DNA of 64,000 nucleotides from a virus (Duplodnaviria; Caudoviricetes): IMG/VR virus record IMGVR_UViG_3300006155_000002; one strand, 5' to 3'. Shown piece by piece: positions 1 to 9,360 of this stretch (position 1 is its first letter; each line of letters starts with the position of its first letter). The notes under the pieces were generated by a model. It saw only the letters and a program-made list of their open reading frames with translations, ran no database searches and was not told where the DNA came from. The position numbers and the translations under genes were made by a program.

Positions 1-321
1 GTCGAGACCCTTGACCTCGCAGAACTTCTTGAGGTCAACCTGAACGGTCTTCTCGGCCTTCTCGACGCCGGTGGTGCGGCCCTCCTCGGTCAGCTTCTTG
101 TGGGAAGGCGTGGTGAAGTGGTGCAGCTCGATGGCCTGGTGGGTGTCGGCCAACCCGGCGAAAACCTCGCTCTCCCGGATGGTGCGAAGCTCCTTCTCGA
201 CGTTTTGCAGCTCAATCAGCTTGCCCTCGACGTCGGCGTTCGTGGCGCACGCCTTGTTGACCTCGGTGATCTTCTCATCATAAGCGGCCATCAGTTCAGC
301 CTTGCGATTTTTCGTTGCCAT
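1..321 (-). CDS. Hypothetical phage protein, N-terminal 107 codons (runs off the window)
   Basis: Open frame MATKNRKAELMAAYDEKITEVN... from ATG at 321 with a GAGGAG RBS; not in the ORF track because it is truncated. Confidence 0.8.
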   Translation of the reverse strand, partial: MATKNRKAELMAAYDEKITEVNKACATNADVEGKLIELQNVEKELRTIRESEVFAGLADTHQAIELHHFTTPSHKKLTEEGRTTGVEKAEKTVQVDLKKFCEVKGLD

Positions 322-344
322 AACGTTACTCCTCTCAAAGTTTT

Positions 345-1260
345 CTATGGGCAAGCCCATAATGAAGCCCCGGAACAAAAAGCCGCTCCGGGGCTTGATA
401 TAGGTTCGCACTCCCTTTGATGACTTCGGCCCCGCGCTCAAACCCATGGGGCGTAAAGACGCCCCGCGCCGCCCGTCGCGGTATTCCTCAAAGTCTGTGG
501 CGTTTCAACCACTCACCAGAAGGGAGAGAAAGTCACGTTATTTCATGCCATCAGACCCATTCCGGCAAACCATTCCGCCCGCTGTACTAACCCCCTTGGA
601 GCCTTCCGGCGACATGATGCCACGCAACGCACGATCCTCCTTGAGAATCGCAACGCCTGTAGGCATGGTCAAAATGCTGCTTTATAGCCTGCTTTCTTGA
701 ACCATCAAGCACATATCCGCCTGCGTGTTCCATACACTTCCGGTCGAAGCAGAATCCGACCCATTGCCGAGTGCTCAATACTACCCGCGTTCAGTACCCG
801 CGCACCAGGGGCCTAACTCCCCTGATTTTTGGCTGGCCTTCTCTTGGGACGGTTGGAGCCGTCACTTGTTGCAAGAGTACACTTCTTCTGATGGCAGAAG
901 TACCCCGCGAGTATGCCCTCGACGGTGGCGCTCGGAATGTTCCTCAAGGTTGTTAGCGCAAACAATGAGGAAGGAATTTTGATGGGTTGGTGAAACCCGG
1001 CTCCATAGTCAATTTCTTGACCTTTTTAACGTGGGCCACTTCCACGTCCTGCATCCCGCTAACGGAATGACCTGTGCCACTCAAGACACCAATTTTGAGC
1101 GTCCCCTGTGCGTAGGGGCTACGTCACCACGGAAGGGGTGGCGATCCCTCAAAACAAGCCCCGGCCTGCTGGCTGGAGCCTTGGAATAGGGCTTGATAGG
1201 CTCAAACTCTTTAGAAAGCCGTTGGTTTTGCTCTTGCTTTTGGGTGGTGCTGTGGGCTTC
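345..1260 (-). ncRNA. Candidate large structured ncRNA or long leader
   Basis: About 0.9 kb with no convincing ORF and more than 10 stem-loops; strand inferred from the flanking genes and the upstream motif at 1275-1299. Confidence 0.4.
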
Positions 1261-1274
1261 CCGTTCGCCCCATA

Positions 1275-1299
1275 GATACGCATGGGTTTGTATGTCACC
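1275..1299 (-). promoter_or_regulatory. Repeated motif GGTGACATACAAACCYATGCGTATC, copy 1 (putative phage-sigma promoter or operator)
   Basis: 24/25 identical to 2279-2303; lies in the loop of the 10-bp inverted repeat 1262-1271/1301-1310. Confidence 0.5.
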
Positions 1300-1318
1300 A
1301 GGGGCGAACGATGGACAC

Positions 1319-1358
1319 AAAAAAAAGAGGGGCGCGGCGTTTGCCGTTCCCCTCTTTA
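1319..1358 (-). terminator. Intrinsic terminator after the sigma-like gene
   Basis: AAAGAGGGG...CCCCTCTTT stem with an A-run on + (U-tract on -). Confidence 0.75.
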
Positions 1359-1371
1359 TGGTGCTATATGT

Positions 1372-2154
1372 TTACTTTTTCTTGTCCCAACGCGCCCTTT
1401 TGCGCAAAATGGCGAGCGTTTCGTCAATATCTTCCCCGGTGTACCCGGCAGACGTGAACGCGCTCAAATCGGCGTCAAGTTCCACGGCGCGGGAAAGTAC
1501 CTTGTAATATGCGCGGTAAAGGGTTTGGTACACTGTGGCGCGTTTGGTGCCGGTTGCGTCTGCGATTTCTTGCGCGCTCTTTCCATCATCATAGGACATT
1601 AACAAGGCGGCCATTTGTCCGTCCGTCATGTCGGCGGTTTTGACGGCTTCCCTCATCAGCTTGTCAAGCTGCGGACACGTTGCCCGCGCTTCTCGCGGTG
1701 TGACATTGCACCCAACCCAACCAGGCATATACTCCCGTTCGCTGTTACGCTCTTTCTTGCCCTGTTCGGTACGAATGGCAGAAAATGCGGCGGTTTTGAG
1801 TTCGTGCATATTTGCGGCGGGGTTGTCTGCGAAAATGGCGTTGATAGCAACGCAAGCCGTCATTATCATATCTTCCCGTTCCCATGCGTTACGGTTCTGC
1901 GGGTTGAGTACGGCGCTATTGTTGCGGCGTTCCCAATTCTCCACACTTGCCAGCGTGTGACGAGCAAGGGCCATTTGTCCGTCCCCGTCTGTGGGAGTAC
2001 AGAACGGATATACGCGAATGTCCGCCAATTTGTGCCCGTTCGCGGTGGCCTGTTCTGTGGCTTGCGCGATGGTGTCAGCCGTGACAAGTTCGATCCCTGT
2101 GACGGTTCGCCCGTTCGTGGTGTCAGTTCCCAACGTGCAAATCTGGTATTTCAT
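1372..2154 (-). CDS. ECF-like sigma-70 family factor / region-4 HTH protein
   Basis: Region 2-like EREDMIMTACVAI and region 4 HTH MTDGQMAALLMSYDDGKSAQEIADATGTKRATVYQTLYRAYYKV. Confidence 0.6.
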   Translation of the reverse strand: MKYQICTLGTDTTNGRTVTGIELVTADTIAQATEQATANGHKLADIRVYPFCTPTDGDGQMALARHTLASVENWERRNNSAVLNPQNRNAWEREDMIMTACVAINAIFADNPAANMHELKTAAFSAIRTEQGKKERNSEREYMPGWVGCNVTPREARATCPQLDKLMREAVKTADMTDGQMAALLMSYDDGKSAQEIADATGTKRATVYQTLYRAYYKVLSRAVELDADLSAFTSAGYTGEDIDETLAILRKRARWDKKK

Positions 2155-2227
2155 TGTGTGTATTCCTTTCCATTCACCATGGATTTAGCGGGCACGTTTG
2201 CGGCGTGTCCGCCGTGGTGATAGTGAT

Positions 2228-2256
2228 AATATACACCCGCCGAATATGATTGTCAA
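2228..2256 (-). promoter_or_regulatory. SigA-type promoter for the sigma-like gene
   Basis: TTGACA-17 nt-TATATT on the minus strand. Confidence 0.65.
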
Positions 2257-2278
2257 GGATTTTTTTCAAGGCGGAAAT

Positions 2279-2303
2279 GATACGCATAGGTTTGTATGTC
2301 ACC
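2279..2303 (-). promoter_or_regulatory. Repeated motif, copy 2
   Basis: Direct repeat of 1275-1299, upstream of the sigma-like gene. Confidence 0.5.
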
Positions 2304-2338
2304 CGTTGATATATCGCGCCTTGTGCCGGCCCTGTTCT

Positions 2339-2365
2339 ATGTCACAATATGGCACTATGTGACAT
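2339..2365. promoter_or_regulatory. Operator-like inverted repeat ATGTCACA-N11-TGTGACAT
   Basis: Perfect 8-bp arms sharing the ATGTCAC core of the repeated motif. Confidence 0.4.
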
Positions 2366-2642
2366 TGGGGCGTGTTTTCCATATTTTTGGCAATCCACCA
2401 GGCACCCAGGCCCGTTAGTTGGTGTATCTACCACGTACCAACTTTTCACAGTTTGGACCACCAGTCAATCCGTTGCATTTCAACGTGTTTCAAGCCTTTT
2501 TATTGTCGGTGATGATTCCTTGTTCAAGCCGTTTTGGTATGAGGATCATCACAGAGAATAAAAAGGCGTCCCACCGAAAATGCCTTGATTTGTGACTTTG
2601 ATCCCATAACTTAAAGTCAATAATTTTTTTCCAACAAAGTGC

Positions 2643-2670
2643 TTGACATTCTCCCCATATCTGGTATAAT
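2643..2670 (+). promoter_or_regulatory. Consensus SigA promoter for the tyrosine recombinase
   Basis: TTGACA-16 nt-TATAAT with an extended TGn -10. Confidence 0.75.
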
Positions 2671-2735
2671 AGTATTGTACTCAATAATATTATTCAAGGC
2701 GGTTTCGCCAATGACACGGGAGGTCACCAAATACG

Positions 2736-3557
2736 ATGGGCAAGGTAATTAACGTAGATTTCACAGCGAGGAGTGCAGACTCCGTTATCGACGTGAAGGC
2801 GGTAGTGCGGTCAGGAAGGGCTCTCCGAGATGGGCTGATTGCTCCGGCTACCGAGGATACGAGCTACGAGATCGCCAACGAGCACACCAGCGAACCAATT
2901 AAGAACGTAGACGACATCTACGCCATCTCTGAGTGGTTCCTCTCAAGAGGGCGATACAGAGACAATATGCTCTTTATCGTTGGTATCAACTTTGGCCTTC
3001 GAGTCAGCGACCTGCTGACGCTGCGGTTCTCACACCTGATCGACGAACAGTTCCGGTTTAAGACTACGTTTCCGATTCTGGAAAAGAAGACCAAGAACAC
3101 CAGGAAGGCAAAGAAGAACAGATACATCACCATCAACGATGCTGTGGTGGATGCTGTTACTTTGTATCTGGAGAACACGCCTAACGTTAGGCTAAGCGAC
3201 TTCATGTTCCGTGGAGAAAGCAACAGATGTGGTAAGAATAACGACAAGGCACTCACCAGGAAGTCAGCAGACCGTGTGCTGAAAGAGGTTGGTGAAGCAC
3301 TTGGGCTCAGCATTCACATCGCTACTCACACACTTCGCAAAACGTTCGCATACCACCAGATGGTTATGAGCGGCAACGATCCGCGCAAGCTCCTACTCCT
3401 GCAAAAGATGTTTGGGCATAGCACGTCCGCCCAGACGCTGGACTACATCGGCATCACTGGAGAGGAGATTGAGGATGCGTATCTGAAGCTCAACCTGGGC
3501 GGGCGTCAGACGTTGCGTTTGATGGACAGTACGATCGTCGAACAGCCAGCAGGCTAA
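2736..3557 (+). CDS. Tyrosine recombinase (phage integrase family)
   Basis: GLRVSDL, HTLRKTF, FGHS...TLDYIG: full R-H-R-H-Y set. Confidence 0.92.
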   Translation: MGKVINVDFTARSADSVIDVKAVVRSGRALRDGLIAPATEDTSYEIANEHTSEPIKNVDDIYAISEWFLSRGRYRDNMLFIVGINFGLRVSDLLTLRFSHLIDEQFRFKTTFPILEKKTKNTRKAKKNRYITINDAVVDAVTLYLENTPNVRLSDFMFRGESNRCGKNNDKALTRKSADRVLKEVGEALGLSIHIATHTLRKTFAYHQMVMSGNDPRKLLLLQKMFGHSTSAQTLDYIGITGEEIEDAYLKLNLGGRQTLRLMDSTIVEQPAG

Positions 3558-3749
3558 CTTAGCGTCATTGTACCTTGACAATTTCATAGAGTACCACAGC
3601 CCTCAGCTACGTTGTTTCACACTCTATAGCTACATGGTCTTGACAGAGATTCTCTTTAAGGGTTACCCCCTAAAAATACGCATTCTAAGCACCGAAATTT
3701 TTGTTTTGCCACCCTGGTGGTGGCAAACGGTAGCAAAGGAGGTTTGCCT

Positions 3750-4130
3750 ATGAAAAACAATTGGGTATTACTGCGAGAAGAAGTGTGGAAGATGGCCCCG
3801 TGCGAAGATGACTTTGATGACTATGGATACGGAGAAGACCATAGCGTGTCAATTGGTGATGAGATAGAGTCGTCAGATAAGGACGGCAAGGTACACGCCG
3901 GGGTTGTAGTCGGTATTATCCGCGACCTCGATAGGAACGCTGTATGCTACAAGATTTGGGATAGTGAGCGCAGTGACTTTGACTATGTCCAAGCGTCAGA
4001 CAGTGTTATATGCGAGCCGTGTGGCTCGTCACAATGGGCGTTGGAACGTATTGGATATACGCGCCGCAACGGCCCAGAGGGGCGTTGGTTTTACCACAAT
4101 GGGCAGACTGGAGATGTAATCTATTGGTAA
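3750..4130 (+). CDS. Hypothetical protein
   Basis: AGGAGG RBS before ATG 3750; overlaps the next gene. Confidence 0.7.
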   Translation: MKNNWVLLREEVWKMAPCEDDFDDYGYGEDHSVSIGDEIESSDKDGKVHAGVVVGIIRDLDRNAVCYKIWDSERSDFDYVQASDSVICEPCGSSQWALERIGYTRRNGPEGRWFYHNGQTGDVIYW

Positions 4131-5350
4131 AAGTATGTGATGCTATTATGGGAACCGGCAAGAGTTCGGCGGCCATCACCTATATGAATGAGCACCCAGA
4201 GAAGAAGTTTATCTACATCACTCCATACCTGGAGGAAGCGACACGCATTGCAACTGCGTGTTCCCGGCTACAGTTCTTTGAGCCAAAGAAGAAAACGGAG
4301 TTTAGCGGTTCAAAAACATTGCACACAATTGATTTGGTACGGCATGGAGAGAATATCGCCACTACCCACCAAGCATTCCGGTTCTATCCGCAAGAACTCT
4401 TAGATCTTGTTAAAGGACAAGGGTATACACTTATCATTGACGAGAATGTGGATGTCTTAGAGACGCTGGAGGAAGACCCAGCGGACATCCAGATGGCAAT
4501 AGATGCCGGGTACATTAAGGAAGTACGAAGTGATGTGTACCACCTTGTGCGAGATGTCTATAACGGGAAAACGCACAGAGATCTGTTTCGAATTCTGCGG
4601 ACACGGGATCTCATTCGTATGACTGGTGAGAAAAAAGAGTCCTTCTTCTATTGGCAGCTACCGCCTGAACTGATTACGTCGTTCGACGAGGTGTTCATCC
4701 TGACTTATTTGTTCAAAGGACAGAGCCTTCATCACTTTTTGGAAATGTATGATATTCCTTATGAGTTTGTCGGGGTGGAGCATGATGAGAAGTTTGGATT
4801 CCGATTCAGCAGTTCGACCGAATATGTTCCTAAGTATGTCGCCACATTGAAAGATAGGATTCATGTGGTTGACGATCAGAGGCTGAATGAGATTGGCGAA
4901 CAGGATTACTCACTCTCTTTAAGCTGGTTTGAAAAGGAGAATTCCGACATCCCAAGGTTGAAGAACAATCTGTACAATTTCTTTCGCCACATTTGCGGCG
5001 TTGATGCCGCAGAAAAAATGTGGAGTACATATAAAGACGCGAAGCACAAGATCCAAGGTAAGGGTTACACCAGTGGATTCATTCCATTCAATAAGAAAGC
5101 AACCAATGAGTACAGGGATAGAACGGCGGTGGCCTACTGCGTTAATCTCTATATGAACGTAGGGCAGAAGCTATTCTACCAGAACAATGGGGTTAAGGTA
5201 GACGAGGACGCTTATGCCCTCTCTATCATGGTTCAATGGATATGGCGGAGTGCCATACGGGATGGAAATGAGATTTGGCTGTATGTGCCAAGCAAGCGGA
5301 TGCGTGATTTGCTCACCAACTGGATGAAGGAGGTGAGTATGTGTGGCTAA
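4124..5350 (+). CDS. SF2 helicase-like P-loop NTPase (SPbeta YonV-like)
   Basis: DAIMGTGKS Walker A, LIIDE Walker B, QWIWRSAIR motif VI; TTG start with GGAG RBS. Confidence 0.75.
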   Translation: MVKVCDAIMGTGKSSAAITYMNEHPEKKFIYITPYLEEATRIATACSRLQFFEPKKKTEFSGSKTLHTIDLVRHGENIATTHQAFRFYPQELLDLVKGQGYTLIIDENVDVLETLEEDPADIQMAIDAGYIKEVRSDVYHLVRDVYNGKTHRDLFRILRTRDLIRMTGEKKESFFYWQLPPELITSFDEVFILTYLFKGQSLHHFLEMYDIPYEFVGVEHDEKFGFRFSSSTEYVPKYVATLKDRIHVVDDQRLNEIGEQDYSLSLSWFEKENSDIPRLKNNLYNFFRHICGVDAAEKMWSTYKDAKHKIQGKGYTSGFIPFNKKATNEYRDRTAVAYCVNLYMNVGQKLFYQNNGVKVDEDAYALSIMVQWIWRSAIRDGNEIWLYVPSKRMRDLLTNWMKEVSMCG

Positions 5351-5513
5351 ATGCGATAGATGCCTATGGGCAGACCAGTGCTATACACCTAAAAATGAGT
5401 GTTCTGATTATACACCGGCGGATGAGTATGAGGGTTTGGAGGAGCTGATTGAAGAAGGAGCATACGAATATCGGCACATTTGGTCAATTTACGTCAAAGA
5501 ACATGGCGGGTAG
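5343..5513 (+). CDS. Small Cys-rich protein, 56 aa
   Basis: AGGAGGTG RBS, GTG start, MAKCDRCLWADQCYTPKNEC...; below the track cutoff. Confidence 0.65.
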   Translation: MAKCDRCLWADQCYTPKNECSDYTPADEYEGLEELIEEGAYEYRHIWSIYVKEHGG

Positions 5514-5552
5514 GTTCTATTTTCACAGCGTTCAATACTAATTTATGAGGCG

Positions 5553-8318
5553 GTGAGCAACATTTCCAAACAACAGTCTTGCCAAAAGTTTATCTATAAG
5601 ATACATAGCGCACGCTTACGCAAGGCGAGGTGGAATTTAACGCTCCCAATCTCCGAGGCGCGGAGAAACGATGAGGTTATTTCCTTGAGTGATAGCCAGA
5701 TGCTGCGCTTCATAGATAGGCTGAACGGTATCGAAAATGCAGATGATATTGCAAAGAATATCAAAAATGAGATAAAAATGCTCAGAAAACAGCCAAATTC
5801 TTTGCAAAATCGCAAGAAAATAAAGAAATTATACGAGAATTTGGATGAAATTCAGTATAAGCCGGACTATATGTGTTTGATTATCGACAAGGAGAAGGAT
5901 TACTGGAGGGCCTGCAAAGGCTTCAAGATTAACGGGATCAAGTATGCCAGATTGCTTGGAACGAACGGAGGCATCAAAAACTCCACCATTGTATTTGTCA
6001 GTGAGCGGCTTGCGCCGGAGCTGCGGCGTCTGATTGACAATGGGCGTGACAAGAGCAAAGAGCTTGTGCCCGCTAAGCTGGAAGCATATCAAGCGTTGGT
6101 ATGCAGTGGTTCAGTTCCGGTCTCCATGCCGAAAGGCATCGCCGTCGTTGAGGATTGCGTGACACACTTCCGATCCGATGTCATCAACATTGAAGACGCA
6201 GACGGGGAACCAAAGATGTGGTTCCAGGAGGATGCAGACATAGAACTCGACGAATCAGATGGATATGGCATTATGCTCCCGTCTCTGGCGAGAAGGTGGT
6301 CAGAGGAACTTCAGCTTGATTATATGGTTAGTGGCGTCAATACGCGGCTTTCCTTCGAGAAGGGAATGGTGTTCACATTCGACTTCTTGGAGTTTGCTGA
6401 CGAGATCGCTGGGACTCGTATTATCAAGGACGCATGGGGTAATGAGGTAGACCTATCCAATGTGGAGCTGGTGCTGACTACGTCCATGGTGAAGCTATGG
6501 GATAGTTATAAAAGCTGTGACGATTACATTAGAAACTGTGTAGAAAATGGATATACCTTCGGCATCACGAAGTCTTGTCCAAAGGTATTAGAGAATGAGC
6601 GCATGACAAACTATCAGTTTCTACAAGTGTACGATCTGAGCGACGAGCAGATCGACGAGTTGATCCAGCCAACCATTCAGGAGATTCACGATATTCTTGC
6701 GCTCGACTGGAAAAAGGCTGTACTGTTCTTGAAGGGCACCGGGATTACTGAAGACAACATTGACTACATAGATTCTGATTTCGCAAAGGCCATTATGATT
6801 GACCAGCGTATGATGGACGATCCGTTTATCACTAAAAAGATATATGGGCTAATCAAGAAGCGCATTATAGATGCTAAGATTGGAGTAATTAAGGCTCGTG
6901 GCAATTACTCCATTATCTCTGGCGATCCATTCGCTCTGTGCCAAAGTATGTTTGGTCTGGAGGCTACCGGGATATTAAAAGCCGGCGAAATTTACAACCA
7001 CTATTGGTTGGAGCGTGATGTTGATAAAGTGGTTTGCTTCCGTGCACCTATGACCTGTGCCAACAATGTGGTTGAAATGACGATAAATGGAAGTGAGGAT
7101 GCACGGCACTGGTATCAGTACATGACTGCTTGCACGTTATTGAACGCATGGGATACGACGGCTGCGGCATTGAATGGAGCGGATAAGGACGGAGACTTAG
7201 TTTTTACTACGGACAACAGTATCCTTGTCGGATGCCATAAGCAGTTACCAGCTCTTATGTGCGCACAAAGGAAAGCAAAGAAATGCGTCCCGTCCGAGGA
7301 GGACATTATTAAGTCGAATATTGTCAGTTTCGGTGATGACATCGGGAAAATCACGAACCACATCACCTCTATGTTCGATGTAATTGCTCAGTATGATCCC
7401 GGAACACGGGAATATGAAGTTCTGGATTATCGTATCAAGTGCGGGCAGAAGTTCCAGCAGGATTCTATTGATAAAGCTAAGGGCATCATTTCAAAGCCTA
7501 TGCCAAAGGGGTGGTATGACAGAGCCGCTGCAAAAGGAAACGACGAAGATGATGCAGACGCAGTACAATTCAATCTGAAAATTGCGGCAGATAAAAAACC
7601 ATACTTTATGCGATATATCTATCCGACGCTTATGCGGCAGTACAATACATATATTTCCAACACGAACAAGAAGGCGCTCAGGGAGTTTCGTATGACGATG
7701 GAGGAGCTTTTGGAGCGCGAGCGCGTTGGCGAGCTGACTAAAGAGGAAGCTGAGTTTCTTCATTACTACAGAGTAAAGGTTCCAGTCGGAACGCATGACT
7801 GTGTGATGAATAGGATTTGCCGTCGGTTTGAGGATGAGTTTGATGGATACATAGCGCGGCATAACTCTGACATAGAGTTTGATTATACAATCATGAAGAG
7901 CGGCGCGGAGTATTCTCAGACACAGTACAACACGATTTTTCGTTTGTATGAGGCGTATAACAAACGTGTTCAAGATTATATGCAGTATGCCAGAAAAGAG
8001 CGCTTAGACGAAGAGGAACACACGAATCTTAGGTTCGTGATGATTCAGGACTTTCGCAGAGAGTGCCAGATCGCGTGCTCCAACAAAAATCAACTGTGCG
8101 ACATTCTGTTGGATATGTGCTATCAGAAAGAGGGTTCTAAGCAGTTCGTTTGGGATATGGCCGGAGACGACATTATTGAAGCATTGCTCAAGAACAACAA
8201 CGGGTGTATTTCTTTCCCTGTCCATGACGAAAACGGAGACATTGCATTTGGTGGAGAGATGTTTACATTTGTCACGAAGCAGATTGGAGGGGAAAGTAAT
8301 GAGCATTGTGCTGAATGA
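5553..8318 (+). CDS. yonO: Single-subunit two-barrel RNA polymerase (YonO / cellular RdRP-like family)
   Basis: Catalytic NGADKDGD (7173-7196), SDGYG and FRAP motifs; 921 aa; position upstream of HU/terminase/head genes as in SPbeta. Confidence 0.8.
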   Translation: MSNISKQQSCQKFIYKIHSARLRKARWNLTLPISEARRNDEVISLSDSQMLRFIDRLNGIENADDIAKNIKNEIKMLRKQPNSLQNRKKIKKLYENLDEIQYKPDYMCLIIDKEKDYWRACKGFKINGIKYARLLGTNGGIKNSTIVFVSERLAPELRRLIDNGRDKSKELVPAKLEAYQALVCSGSVPVSMPKGIAVVEDCVTHFRSDVINIEDADGEPKMWFQEDADIELDESDGYGIMLPSLARRWSEELQLDYMVSGVNTRLSFEKGMVFTFDFLEFADEIAGTRIIKDAWGNEVDLSNVELVLTTSMVKLWDSYKSCDDYIRNCVENGYTFGITKSCPKVLENERMTNYQFLQVYDLSDEQIDELIQPTIQEIHDILALDWKKAVLFLKGTGITEDNIDYIDSDFAKAIMIDQRMMDDPFITKKIYGLIKKRIIDAKIGVIKARGNYSIISGDPFALCQSMFGLEATGILKAGEIYNHYWLERDVDKVVCFRAPMTCANNVVEMTINGSEDARHWYQYMTACTLLNAWDTTAAALNGADKDGDLVFTTDNSILVGCHKQLPALMCAQRKAKKCVPSEEDIIKSNIVSFGDDIGKITNHITSMFDVIAQYDPGTREYEVLDYRIKCGQKFQQDSIDKAKGIISKPMPKGWYDRAAAKGNDEDDADAVQFNLKIAADKKPYFMRYIYPTLMRQYNTYISNTNKKALREFRMTMEELLERERVGELTKEEAEFLHYYRVKVPVGTHDCVMNRICRRFEDEFDGYIARHNSDIEFDYTIMKSGAEYSQTQYNTIFRLYEAYNKRVQDYMQYARKERLDEEEHTNLRFVMIQDFRRECQIACSNKNQLCDILLDMCYQKEGSKQFVWDMAGDDIIEALLKNNNGCISFPVHDENGDIAFGGEMFTFVTKQIGGESNEHCAE

Positions 8319-9048
8319 ATGCGAGTATGTTGAGAAGGTATTGGATGGATGTGTTCTTGGTCCAAAGCCAACAGAGACATTGTCTCGTATTGCGCGATAC
8401 TATTTCTCTGTTGGTGGAGCTAAGAAATCCGACATACATACAGAGCTGGAGAACTTTATGCTGCGTTGTGACCCAACCATCAATCTTGTGAAATGGCAAG
8501 ATACGCTCGACAGAATTATTAAAGGGGCTACGAAGTTTCCTTTGATTCATATTGAGAATGTTCCTATCACCGATAAGGAAATGGCAATATGTGATTCCCT
8601 TGATGGTGTGCAATCTCGCAGATTGTTGTTCACATTGATTTGCTTGGCAAAGTATTCAAACCTTGTCAACGAAAAGAACGGTGGCTGGGTTAACCGACAG
8701 GATAAGGAGATTTTTAAGCTCGCCAATGTTGTGACATCAATTAAGAGGCAGTCGCTCATGCTGAATGATTTTCGCGCTGCTGGCCTGATTCGCTTTAGTA
8801 GGAAAGTTGATAATGTCAATATCAATGTGCTGTGTCTCGATAATGATGGAACTGCGGTTTTGAAAATCAACGATTTTCGCAACCTTGGTTACCAGTATAT
8901 GCGCTTCCATGGCGGAGCATATATTGAGTGTGAGGAATGCGGGATTGTTATCAAGAAACGAAGCAACGCACAAAAATATTGCCATGATTGTGCTGCGGAC
9001 GTAAACAGACAACGTACACGGAATCGACTTGCACTTGAAAATTTTTAA
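8299..9048 (+). CDS. Hypothetical protein with C-terminal Zn finger
   Basis: CEECG...YCHDC; overlaps the RNAP stop; GGAGG RBS. Confidence 0.7.
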   Translation: MSIVLNECEYVEKVLDGCVLGPKPTETLSRIARYYFSVGGAKKSDIHTELENFMLRCDPTINLVKWQDTLDRIIKGATKFPLIHIENVPITDKEMAICDSLDGVQSRRLLFTLICLAKYSNLVNEKNGGWVNRQDKEIFKLANVVTSIKRQSLMLNDFRAAGLIRFSRKVDNVNINVLCLDNDGTAVLKINDFRNLGYQYMRFHGGAYIECEECGIVIKKRSNAQKYCHDCAADVNRQRTRNRLALENF

Positions 9049-9065
9049 TTTACTTTGAAATAGAA

Positions 9066-9105
9066 GTGGTCAGTAAGGCGGCAATTCAAGCTCCTTACTG
9101 ACCAC
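9066..9105. repeat. 13-bp perfect inverted repeat
   Basis: GTGGTCAGTAAGG-N14-CCTTACTGACCAC with no U-tract. Confidence 0.7.
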
Positions 9106-9186
9106 GATGCAGTGTATCTATTATGTAAGGGAGAATAAGCAGCGATGTTTTATTCCCTAAATATAAGGTTGAAAGGATGTTATTTT

Positions 9187-9348
9187 GTGGTTGCGATCAA
9201 CGCAAAAGAAAAAGAAGTTATTGCGGAGCGTTTGCCCGGTATTCACATTCGCCGGACAGTGAAGCAGAAGTCAAAGCGTCATCGGTATTATGTGGAAGAG
9301 AATCGGGACGTGATGCGAATTCTGAGGTCACTCCGCAAACCAGCATAA
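9187..9348 (+). CDS. Small basic hypothetical protein
   Basis: AAAGGA RBS and GTG start; K/R-rich. Confidence 0.6.
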   Translation: MVAINAKEKEVIAERLPGIHIRRTVKQKSKRHRYYVEENRDVMRILRSLRKPA

Positions 9349-9360
9349 GAGGAGGACTGC

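Noticed and set aside
345..1260. CRISPR mini-array or self-splicing intron in the non-coding region
   Set aside because: No regularly spaced repeats (only a short TACCCGCG doublet at 782-802) and no recognisable intron core.
71..1507. Plus-strand ORFs in the left arm
   Set aside because: No RBS, atypical composition, and several overlap real minus-strand genes.
2366..2640. Genome terminus or packaging site at the divergence point and GC shift
   Set aside because: Plausible but no diagnostic sequence; needs read-coverage analysis.
8176..8298. Upstream extensions of track ORFs (also 4010, 12005, 50965)
   Set aside because: Downstream starts have clear RBSs and avoid long overlaps.
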